NCBI RefSeq assembly: GCF_001194135.2
Contig: NC_068988.1
Coordinates: forward strand, 16,668,596 to 16,732,595
DNA length: 64,000 bases
From: Octopus bimaculoides
Taxonomy: Eukaryota
Reading direction: 5' to 3'
Shown: piece after piece, positions 52,991 to 64,000 of the stretch
How the letters are laid out: each line of letters starts with the position of its first letter
Numbering within the stretch: the first letter of the stretch is position 1
Position numbers and translations under genes: made by a program
Notes under the pieces: model-generated
The model's database searches: none
What the model was told of the DNA's origin: nothing
Seen by the model: the letters and a program-made list of their open reading frames with translations, nothing else

Positions 52991-53994
52991 AAACAACAAA
53001 ACAAAAAAATGGAACAAGAACGTAATAGGTAACAAGAAAACATTTGGACAGTTAGACGCTATAAAAAAGACAGGAGAAACAAGGACGGGTCATTCGCAGC
53101 TTTCAATCTTCAGTCGAATACAAGATGGTCATTGCAGTTTCGGCCTGTTACTTTCGAGACAGCTCTAATCTGGCTGGCCCCAAGAAAATGTAAGCTAAGA
53201 GCACTAGATTCTTTGGAAGAAAGCAAGCCAATAAATACTAAAACAAGGACAAAAAATAAATAGTACATAGTTACAAATACAAACAACAGGACAGTAAAAA
53301 CGGGTGTCTTTCGACACGTGACGAATTAAATTAAGCTGGGGTGTGTGGAAGTGAAACTTTACGACAGGAACATAGAAGATGAAAGTCATGGGAAGGAATA
53401 TAAGAGATGCTACATGGATGGTAGTCGAACCAAGAAAGAAAGGTTAGGTTTGGCCGAACGTCGGTCACGTGGAAGGAGAGGAGAGAGGTAGGTGGTAGAG
53501 GGATTGAAGAATTGGGGAGGGACGAGACAGACAGAAAGAAGGAAAGCGACAGCGTGAGGAAAAGAAGGAAAGTGATCAGAATGAAGGGAAGAGCAAGTAA
53601 TGTGAGAGAGGATGGGCCTCCATACACATTCTATTTATCACACACAGTCACAAATCATCGGTCAGCCAGGGCTATAATAGTTATCAGGACAAAACTTCAA
53701 AGCATGTAGTACTCAAGTATACCGCTGTAAAGTTTCTACATATCTACCAGTATATATTGCATCGGAAGGATATATTTACATCGGGAGAATAAAAAGAAAA
53801 GCAGATGTTAGGTTTACAGGAATTAGAACCTCTCTTAAGTCTTATAAAGCGCCCTTTATAAAGTGAGTGTGGAACTTGAGTGTACGTGTGGCTGTGGAAA
53901 TACATGTAGGCATGTCTGCGAGGAGGTGTGTACGAGTGAAACGCCGTGTGCGCGTTTGTTTATATTTCTATGTATATGTGTGTGCGTGTGAAAT

Positions 53995-54215
53995 CTGGCC
54001 CTTTGAAATTCAGGTACAACAGAAACAGGAAGAACGATTGAGAGGAAGTTGTGGTGAAAGAGTACAGCAGGGTTCGCCACTACCCTCGCCGGAGTCTCGT
54101 GGAGCTTTAGCTGTTTTCGCTCAATAAACACTCACAACGCCCGGTCTGGGAATCGAAACCGCGATCCTACGACTGCGAGTCCTCTTCCCAAACCACTGGG
54201 CCATTGCGCCGCCAC
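53995..54215 (-). mobile_element. SINE family B, 5' portion
   Basis: GAGTACAGCAGGGTTCGCCAC...CTCAATAAACACTCACAACGCCCGGTCTGGGAATCGAAACCGCGATCC...CCACTGGGCCATTGCGCC matches the other B copies. Confidence 0.92.
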
Positions 54216-55480
54216 TATACGTATGTGTGTGTGCATGTGTATGTATGCATATATATATACATACATATATAAATATNNNNNNNNNNNNNNNNNNNNNNNN
54301 NNNNNNNNNNNNNNNNNNNNNNNNNNNNNNNNNNNNNNNNNNNNNNNNNNNNNNNNNNNNNNNNNNNNNNNNNNNNNNNNNNNNNNNNNNNNNNNNNNNN
54401 NNNNNNNNNNNNNNNNNNNNNNNNNNNNNNNNNNNNNNNNNNNNNNNNNNNNNNNNNNNNNNNNNNNNNNNNNNNNNNNNNNNNNNNNNNNNNNNNNNNN
54501 NNNNNNNNNNNNNNNNNNNNNNNNNNNNNNNNNNNNNNNNNNNNNNNNNNNNNNNNNNNNNNNNNNNNNNNNNNNNNNNNNNNNNNNNNNNNNNNNNNNN
54601 NNNNNNNNNNNNNNNNNNNNNNNNNNNNNNNNNNNNNNNNNNNNNNNNNNNNNNNTATATATATATATATATGCGATGTGTATATGCATGGATGTACTAT
54701 AATGGATATTTAATGAATTATTGTCTTTGCAGTAGACCCATAGTTAAATCCTCCGGCCTTTCTGTCCATATGGTGTATATTTGCCGTTTGCATGACAAAC
54801 TGCTATAATTTCTCAACCCTTCGAACATGTTGAAACAAATATATTTACTTACAAATTATCACGCACATGCATGGATTTAGTCGGATTGAAGCAACACGTT
54901 TTGACAAGCAGTTTCACCCATAATGATTTTTCTCTATGCTTCGTTTCTTTTTCTTCCCTCGTATCAAATTGACTCAATAAGTTTCTTTTCTGCGTGAGAG
55001 AAAATTGATTTATAAATATCTCCTCACCAATTTCGCCACTTAAGTTACTCTCTTCCCATATTGTTTCGCTTTTACAGCTCTGAATATTGGTAAATAGACA
55101 CAGTTTATAGGTATGTCCTACCAACAGAATCATACCAGCTTAGAAAAATTTCAGTAGTAACCAAACCTTATTTTGGGTATGCCCCTAATATTGTGCGTTG
55201 AGAGCACGTCTACCACATACAGCTTCATTTGTTGCATTATTTACCTACCACTCCCTGAATGCCTAATTAATGGATTTGTGAACTACTATAAATGTAGTCA
55301 TTATACCAAAACCATCCTTCCATACACAGTAGCGAAATATACATGTAATTTGCTGATGTTTCCTCTGTACTGTCTTTGAAAACATGCGAAACAACCTTGA
55401 AATGAAAAAAATAATCCACGAAACAAAACTCCATTGCTGCGGAACTCAGGGTTTCCTGGTGACCCAACAGGTCACAGGTA

Positions 55481-55523
<43 letters not shown>

Positions 55524-55921
55524 CTATTCAAAAAAGGATCTAGTAACTCCTACTATTTCTCACCAGTTATAAGTAATAGACATTACCTATAACTGTATTT
55601 TTCATTTGGTTGTGGATCTTACAAACGCACTCTTATTCTACACTCATCCCCTTCCCCTCTTCTTGACGAACTAGATTGACAACTGAAATACACTAATATC
55701 CTTGACTGGGGATATTACATGTGTCTTACTTCTCTTTTAAATCTGTCTCCCTTCTCACTCTTCGATGACGGGTACTCATTTTATGGAATTCTTACTCAAT
55801 AAGATGATTCACACGCTTGGCTATTCTAGAAACTGATGGAAGGGAGTCTGTATATCTATATTCTTTATTTAGATTAAAAGTATTTTTCCTTTGATGGAAA
55901 ACAGTTCGATTTTTCATTTTC

Positions 55922-55960
<39 letters not shown>

Positions 55961-56132
55961 NNNNNNNNNNNNNNNNNNNNNNNNNNNNNNNNNNNNNNNN
56001 NNNNNNNNNNNNNNNNNNNNNNNNNTCCGAATCGCTCTGCTCGGTTTCATTCCAATGAACTTGGCATCGGTAATCGGTCGATAAGGCGGCGTTTCGTCCC
56101 AAAACAGTTACGGTTCAGTAAGGCAGTGGGTG

Positions 56133-56280
56133 TTTTTCAATTTCCGTCTTTCACATCCACTTAGAAAGATTGCGTTGATCTGAGGCTACAGTAGAAAACA
56201 TTTGCCCAAATTGTCATGCAGAGGTAACTGAACCCAGAACCATGTAGTTGGGAAGCAAACTTTTAACCACAGTCATACAC
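56133..56280 (-). mobile_element. SINE family A, diverged 5' half
   Basis: Reverse complement GACTGTGGTTAAAAGTTTGCTTCCCAACTACATGGTTCTGGGTTCAG...TTGGGCAAATGTTTTCTACTGTAGCCTC...GACGGAAATTGAAA aligns to 9959-10115. Confidence 0.8.
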
Positions 56281-56662
56281 TCTTGCGCGCGCACACACAC
56301 ACATACTCGCATATGTATATTGAATTTTTATCCAAGTTTAGAATTTCTATTTAAATCTACCCTTCCAACTTGGCACAATCCTCTCTAAAGAATTTGTGTT
56401 TTCTTTCTATTTTTATCCGTCAACTAGATTACACGCAGAACAGGTTGAAATTTCAGAAACGCATGCATCTCTTAGAGTTATACCTTATATTAGATGACTG
56501 ATATGAAGATTTTATCCAATTAAATTCATTTCTAAAATTCCGGTCGACTGCTGTCTGTGTTAAACCCACTCACCTAGTGTGCCACATAAAGAGCCATCGA
56601 CTGATGATCGCAGAGTTAACTTCAAACCTACTCAGACGTAATTAAATTTATGCACATACAAA

Positions 56663-56693
<31 letters not shown>

Positions 56694-56771
56694 CACACAG
56701 AGACACTCACAGACACACAGACAAATGTACAGACACATACGTACACAGACACACAAAGACACACACTCATG

Positions 56772-56834
<63 letters not shown>

Positions 56835-57674
56835 GAGTGTGTGTGTGTGTGTGCGCGCGCGTGCGAGTGGGTGTGTTTGTATGTGTAGAAGTTAGATTGA
56901 GCGTTCGTATATGTTTTTCTGTATGTATTAGCTATGTTCCACAATTATTAGAAACACTAGGTGTGCTTTAATCTAAATATCACTTCACCTTTGATTCTCA
57001 GCATATTCCTTTCTTTCTCATTCATTTCCGCTTACATGTACTCTCTCCATCTTTATATCCGGATGTTACGTCTTTAATCAATACATGCATTGCACGTAAC
57101 ATTATTTTCACTAAATATAATGTCATTCCTTCTATCTGCGTAGGCAAGCGTAGATTGTCTTCTCTTTATTCTGTCAATGTCTCTCCGTTTCTATTTATCT
57201 CATGTTCACCAATTTCTCTCCGCCCACATTGCAGATGGATTTCTCAGTGTCTTTCTATACACATCACTGCTTGAAGCCTATATATGTCATATCTTACATA
57301 GCTTTATTCATTTTTTTTCCACCGCAGGCAAATTCATGCATGCATGCATACATACATACATACATACGTACATACACACATATATACATACATGCTTACA
57401 TACATACACTCATAAATACATACATGCATACATACATACACACACACACACATATATATAAATACATGCATACATACATACATACATACACACATACACA
57501 CATTTACATATATACATACATACACATACATATATACATACATACAAACATACATGCTTTCATACATACAAATAATTATCTATGTATGCATGTTTACACA
57601 CTTCGTATATATGCACTTTTTCGTGATTTACTGTCAAAAGCTACGAAATTAATTTTAATAAGTGCCATCCAGAA

Positions 57675-57950
57675 AACTCGTGAAATTCATGTGCAACTGG
57701 TTGAGTACTCCACAGAAACGCATACTTTCAATGTTGTTCTGAGAAAGATTCAGCCTTGCACAGAATGTGGGGCCAGGCTGCCACTTTCAAATGCAGGTAG
57801 TACTAATTTTCGCCAGCTGAGTGGACTGGAGCATCGTTATATTAAGGGTCTTGCCCAAGGAGGAATCGAACACCTAACGCGTGGAGGAATGGAACACCTA
57901 ACCTTACGATCATGAGCTGAATACCCTAACCTCTGAGGCACAAAACTTCA
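57675..57950 (-). mobile_element. SINE family E: D-type head/CORE plus B-type tail
   Basis: Reverse complement contains CCTTGGGCAAGACCC...ATGCTCCAGTCCACTCAGCTGGC (as in family D), then CTGTGGAGTACTCAACCAGTTGCACATGAATTTCACGAG (as in the family B tail). Confidence 0.8.
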
Positions 57951-57959
57951 TACAAGCAC

Positions 57960-58042
57960 GCACAAAGTATCACACACACACATATGTACACACACACATA
58001 CACAAACACATATATATGCGTGTGTGTTTGTGTGTTTGTGTT

Positions 58043-58075
<33 letters not shown>

Positions 58076-58080
58076 GTATG

Positions 58081-58115
<35 letters not shown>

Positions 58116-58350
58116 GTTTGTGTGTGTGTGCAGAGTTTTAGTGCGGTGTTCTTTTTCATGACTCTGATATTTCCGAGTTCCATTTATTCTAATACACACA
58201 CGCACGCACACACAAACACACGCACTCACACACACGCATACACACACACACACACGCACACACACATACACACACGTACACACACGTACACACACACACA
58301 CACACACACTCACATACAGACGCACGCATACAGACACACACGCGCATACA
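57960..58350. repeat. Compound (CA)n-(TG)n-(CA)n microsatellite block
   Basis: Opposed CA and TG tracts are directly visible; source of several C/V- and H/T-rich pseudo-ORFs. Confidence 0.9.
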
Positions 58351-58360
58351 TGTACGCATA

Positions 58361-58485
58361 TGGTGGTTTCGAAGTTTGGAAGAAGAGCATGAAATTCGGA
58401 GGAATACATCGCCCCAGCGTTCAACTGGTACTTCTTTTAATCGACCCCAAAAATGATAAAAGGCTGAGTCGACCTCGATGGCATT
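58361..58485 (-). mobile_element. SINE family C, 3' fragment
   Basis: CCCCAGCGTTCAACTGGTACTTCTTTTAATCGACCCCAAAAATGATAAAAGGCTGAGTCGACCTCG matches the central segment of the other C copies. Confidence 0.8.
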
Positions 58486-59213
58486 TTTTCTCAAGTCATA
58501 AACCATGCACATATATATAAGCCTCATAAACCCTCAGCACTTACTCTCCACGTATGTTATACCGCAACTAAGCCACTGTATACGAAAGCATACTGATGTT
58601 AATTATTCACTTTAGATAGATATTGATCTACAGAAAACTTTTGAAAAATATGTAAATAATTCACATCTAGTTCAAACGTTCTGTTTGGTACTTCCGTACT
58701 TCCATCTGGCTGCGCCTAAACGTAGTAACTCTGATATAATGATTATTGTCTGTTATTTCAGTAATCCTACTTGTTTCTTTGCTGTTATTGAATTATTGAA
58801 CATGATGCAATATTTCCCCACATGGCTGTTCTTCAAATTCTCACATTAGTGTCAATGATGCGTGAATTATTAATTATAATATTATAAGTGAAAATGTACT
58901 ATTGTGCTGTTAGAGTGCAATTAGATTCAAACGAATATCTTTCTCTACTTTATGTAACGATATTCACCATTAGTAGAACACAGTGCAATGTGCTATTAAT
59001 AGTAAATGTGTGATAAAGGATAAACTGGCATTCATGTGCAGAGGTTTACCATAGAGTTCATTTCCATGATTCTAATTTTCCAAGTTACAAAGTATTGTAT
59101 TCTAGAAGAGTTTATATTATTTAGGATAATGTATAGCAGCAAGTAATAACTAACACACACACACGTAGATATATATGCACATACAAAGTTTCATGCATAC
59201 ATATATATATATG

Positions 59214-59291
<78 letters not shown>

Positions 59292-59322
59292 GAGATACGC
59301 ACACACAAATATACGCACATAA

Positions 59323-59357
<35 letters not shown>

Positions 59358-59593
59358 GTCAGTAACTGTAAACAACCACACGCTCATACATACGCTATAA
59401 CGAAAGAGGTCCTGGGATTGTTCAAGCTCATCGAACGGATTACCTGGATTTCAACTTTATGGAACACTGCACTATCTGTAATGAATTAGTGTGTTCTGTC
59501 AGCCGTATGTTTGTGCACATGTTTATATATTTGTATGTATAATATATATATATATATATACATATGCACACATTTATTATATATTTGTATATA

Positions 59594-60003
59594 GGCGCAG
59601 GAGTGGCTGTGTGGGAAGTAGCTTGCTTACCAACCACATGGTTCCGGGTTCAGTCCCACTGCGTGGCACCTTGGGCAAGTGTCTTCTACTATAGCCTCGG
59701 GCCGACCAAAGCCTTGTGAGTGGATTTGGTAGACGGAAACTGAAAGAAGCCCGTCGTATATATGTATATATATATATATATATGTGTGTGTTTGTGTGTC
59801 TGCGTTTGTCCTCCTAGCATTGCTTGACAACCGATGCTGGTGTGTTTATGTCCCCGTCACTTAGCGGTTCGGCAAAAAGAGACCCATAGAATAAGTACTA
59901 GGCTTACAAAGAATAAGTCCCGTGGTCGATTTGCTCGACTAAAGGCGGTGCTCCAGCATGGCCGCAGTCGAATGACTGAAACAAGTAAAAGAGTAAAAGA
60001 GTA
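59594..60003 (+). mobile_element. SINE family A, full length and least diverged
   Basis: GGCGCAGGAGTGGCTGTGTGG (A-box), GGTTCAGTCCC (B-box-like), CORE-like CACCTTGGGCAAGTGTC, internal (TA)/(TG) tract, and a 3' half ending GAAACAAGTAAAAGAGTAAAAGAGTA. Confidence 0.95.
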
Positions 60004-60966
60004 TCTATATATTTGTATATATACATACCCACATATATATACACACACACATATATACGCATGCAAACACACACACATACACATATATATACATGGATAT
60101 TAATATTTATCTCTTTGCTTTTTTTTTCTATATGGAAAGGAAATGAGCGAACGAAAAAGAGCCTGCTTTTGTGAGACGTGTTGTATGAGTTTTATTGATA
60201 TGTTCTAGGCGGTTGTACGGTTGTATATTTTCTTGCTACCTCGAAATGCTTTGACAGTCGCTAGAAGTAACACCTAACTATAAAACTGTCCCATACTTTT
60301 ATGATAGTTAAAAATGTACTGGACATAAAAAGCTTTCATTCAAAATTTTGACCTCGTTTCCAAATAGCTTGCCAGAATTTATATAAACATGACGGGAGTG
60401 AATAAAAATAAGAATTGCTACTTCAAATATTAGGGTTTGTCTATACAACAATAGCAGTTGTTGTTTTTTAACACTTTTCTGGAAATGGCATGAAGCCATG
60501 ACAATATGTTTGTTCAATATCTTGAAATAAGCTCACCTTTATTTTCCTTTGTAACTCTTGTTTTCATTTCTGTTTTTATGCATTCCCATTGACTAATATC
60601 AAAACGACAAAACCAATCGATATTTTTTTTTTCATTTTATTCGCTGAAACCTTTGAAGATTTCATATTTTATGGACATTGAAAAGAAAAATGTATACAAA
60701 TACACATGTGCAAACTTCAAGCACTTAAAGTCAGGAATATAGGAGCATACAGTATGCATATTTTTGTTTGTCTTTGCATGTGTAACTGTGTATACAATCT
60801 GTGTGTATTCATCTAATGTATGTGTGCATATTTACACCACACACACACATACATACACACATGCACATACAAACACATACACACGAACACACACACATCT
60901 ATATACGCATATACACAGAGGTCTCTGCATAAATATGTTTGCATGTGTTCGTAAATACATATGCAT

Positions 60967-61017
<51 letters not shown>

Positions 61018-61534
61018 CATATGTGTGTATATANNNNNNNNNNNNNNNNNNNNNNNNNNNNNNNNNNNNNNNNNNNNNNNNNNNNNNNNNNNNNNNNNNN
61101 NNNNNNNNNNNNNNNNNNNNNNNNNNNNNNNNNNNNNNNNNNNNNNNNNNNNNNNNNNNNNNNNNNNNNNNNNNNNNNNNNNNNNNNNNNNNNNNNNNNN
61201 NNNNNNNNNNNNNNNNNNNNNNNNNNNNNNNNNNNNNNNNNNNNNNNNNNNNNNNNNNNNNNNNNNNNNNNNNNNNNNNNNNNNNNNNNNNNNNNNNNNN
61301 NNNNNNNNNNNNNNNNNNNNNNNNNNNNNNNNNNNNNNNNNNNNNNNNNNNNNNNNNNNNNNNNNNNNNNNNNNNNNNNNNNNNNNNNNNNNNNNNNNNN
61401 NNNNNNNNNNNNNNNNNNNNNNNNNNNNNNNNNNNNNNNNNNNNNNNNNNNNNNNNNNNNNNNNNNNNNNNNNNNNNNNNNNNNNNNNNNNNNNNNNNNN
61501 NNNNNNNNNNNNNNNNNNNNNNNNNNNNNNNNNN

Positions 61535-61607
<73 letters not shown>

Positions 61608-62769
61608 ATGTGTGTATGTGTATGTCAGTGTACATGTATCTATGATTATGTGCATATTCATGCTCGTAAGAAGGCTTCAGGTTTTGTGGTTCATGCTGGT
61701 AAGTTTGCATATATTTCCGCATAATGAAATAAGTCCATACATACATACATGTATGTATGCCTATCTGTACGCGAGTGTCGACGTAGTCAATATGCCTACG
61801 TACGTATTCTTGCTCTGTGAAATTCATATTAAGTGATCGATCAAGCAACGCGACAATAATGAAGAGAAATGCTAATGTAAAGAAAAAATAGGAAATCGAG
61901 TTAAGCAAATATACCATTATTTTTGCTATTTTCACTTAATAAAGATTCACAGGGAAATTATTCATTAATTTACATATTTTAATAATATACATTACTTAAA
62001 GTTCTGTTAAATCGATACATGATTTTCTGAATAAACATTTTCCTGGGTTACGTACAAAATATGTTGTTTCTTATGGAATCTATTGATCGTCTCATTATTA
62101 TTATTCTGAGTTTAGCCCAACATGCTTGTAAGTAAAAGATCTTCAGGGACTTGCTTTGGACTTTATATCTGTGTTAATATAGTATAGAACGTATTATAAC
62201 AATGAATACATATACATACATACATGCATACATACATATATATTCATGCATATGCACACACACACACACACACGCACACATACATATATATATACTTATA
62301 TATCTATGTATAATGTGTATCTGTGTGCGCTTGTCTTTGTCTGTGTGTGTCTGTGTGTGTTGCGTAGTTCACTTACCGTATCAACAGATCAAGAGTTTGA
62401 AATTTTGAAACAATCTTTCCCCACCCTCCAAAAAATTATATTACGATTAAGATTTAGGTGTTGAGTACGTGGATTACATCGACATCAGTACTTAACTAGT
62501 ATTTAATGGAGATCTTGAAAGATGGACATCCATTCAGGATGCAATAGGATGAGTATAAGTCATGTGCCTGGGTCGATGAAATATTTATTAAATAACGGAT
62601 AGAGAAATACAATTCATTCCAAATTAAAGATAATGCAAATTTTCTTGTCACCTCTGAAGGATGAGAAGGCTGCGCCCTGTTGTTATTTATTGAAGTAGAA
62701 GCAGAACAAATAGTTAGCTTGTAATTCTTTTCAGATGAATAGACATGGGCAATGTCAAATCATGTAGCT

Positions 62770-62860
62770 TGTTTAAGGACATGGCGCACTGCACAGTTCA
62801 TGAACTGAACGCACGACCTTATGCGCATGAGTTGAAAATGCTAACTACCAGGCAGCTCAT
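62770..62860 (-). mobile_element. Possible highly diverged D/E-type SINE head
   Basis: AAGGACATGGCGC...GAACTGAACGCACGACCTTATGCGCATGAG...CTAACTACCAGGC loosely parallels 57900-57945. Confidence 0.35.
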
Positions 62861-63458
62861 TTTCACATTTTCTTGTATAGTTAGTTTTAGTATCTGTCAA
62901 TGCGTACGTTGTACTTTTCAGTAACTTACAACACCTCGCCTTGCTTATGCCCTAGCTGCAGATGAATAACAGTCTTTTTTCCTTTCTGTTTCTAGAAGTG
63001 CGGGTAGGGCGAGAATTGTGGCCCCCGGTGACACTTAAAACAACGTAAACTTAGTACAATCTATCTTGTCATACACCTTCGTGAATTCGTAAATTGTTTT
63101 TCTATGAATATCTGTTAACCTGCGTATTAGCCTAGATACATCTAATGCCAGGTATTGTATTTTCTACCGGAGGACAAATGTATAGACCTGAACAAAAGAA
63201 TTTATAGTTAACAAAGTACACCACCATTTTATAAAGACACAATTATTTAATCACACCATATGAATCTAAATTGTATATATTAATACCCGTGTTTTTAACT
63301 TCGTAAACTGTGTAAAACTGAAGGAGAAAACGAAAAGAGCAAGAAAGAAACTGTTCGTTGTTGTGGTAGTGGTGGTGGTGATGGTGACAGCGGCGCTGGT
63401 TATAATGGTTGATGGAATGATGGATACGGTAGATGTGGGGTAAATGATAATGAATGAC

Positions 63459-63522
<64 letters not shown>

Positions 63523-64000
63523 TACACATATATATGCAGAGAAAGAGACAGGGTGTGTTTAAGACAGGTCTTTCAGGAGGGAAGCGGTGTGATGTTGCTA
63601 CGTCTTTATTAATTTCATTCTCATATCCCCATCCATCTTTCGGAATATTTTTCTCCAGACACCTTTATCAACACCAACGTCACTACCGCCATCTGTGCCA
63701 ACACCACTAAAATAGTATCTGACGCCGCCCCCACTCTCTCCCTCTTTCCTTTTCTCTCTCTACTACCACCTTCACTCCTATAATAGCCAACAGTTTCTCG
63801 TGTATGTATGTATTCTTGAATCCGTGCAAATTTTTTTATTTTGTGTGTAATTTCCTTTAACATCTTAATTCAGTCAAGCTGTTGTCATGAATTCGATATT
63901 TTGAGCTGAATTACAGTCCGAATTGCATTGTATTACATTTAGAAAATTCTTTCAAAATTCTAAATCATGATATTTTGAAAGATCCTGCAATTTTTATTTT

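Larger units (their letters stand above)
2000..61534. other. 16 assembly gaps (N-runs, about 5.5 kb total)
   Basis: N-runs at 2000-2507, 9222-9677, 12134-12573, 22025-22430, 23058-23512, 27966-27975, 28932-29372, 34559-35304, 37779-37788, 41618-41740, 42592-43079, 44651-45048, 51321-51396, 54277-54655, 55961-56025 and 61034-61534. Most abut (TA)n/(CA)n tracts or SINEs. Confidence 0.98.

Noticed and set aside
1823-63863. The many long ORF-track entries rich in X, IY, HT, CV, LS, ER or IYLS
   Set aside because: They are translations of N-gaps and (TA)n, (CA)n, (TG)n, (GA)n, (TATC)n and (CATA)n repeats, which contain no stop codons; not genes.

Overview
This is eukaryotic, AT-rich, non-coding DNA from a gapped draft assembly (16 N-runs, about 5.5 kb, mostly flanked by microsatellites). 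The interspersed repeats look like those of Octopus or a related coleoid cephalopod; that assignment rests on my recollection of the repeat families and microsatellite density, not on a database search. I found no host gene, rRNA, true tRNA or CRISPR array, and nearly all ORF-track entries are artefacts of microsatellites, N-runs or base skew. Supported content: (1) about 18 tRNA-derived SINE copies from several modular families (my labels A-E); (2) dead retroelement coding remnants: a Penelope-like RT (48.3-49.4 kb), an R4/Dong-type RLE LINE (40.3-41.4 kb), a second RLE LINE 3' end (46.3-46.8 kb), a CR1-group LINE (29.7-30.4 kb), plus weaker RTE and hAT traces; (3) many microsatellites; (4) two long inverted repeats. 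Best leads: a type I minimal hammerhead ribozyme with an intact catalytic core (minus strand, 39934-39982), three or four decayed hammerhead-like motifs of the Penelope/retrozyme type, a 63-bp foldback at 24.5 kb, and an unexplained 155-codon stop-free frame (9012-8545, minus) with a Bcl-2 BH1-like motif. All protein similarities were judged by manual translation and remembered consensus motifs and need HMM confirmation.
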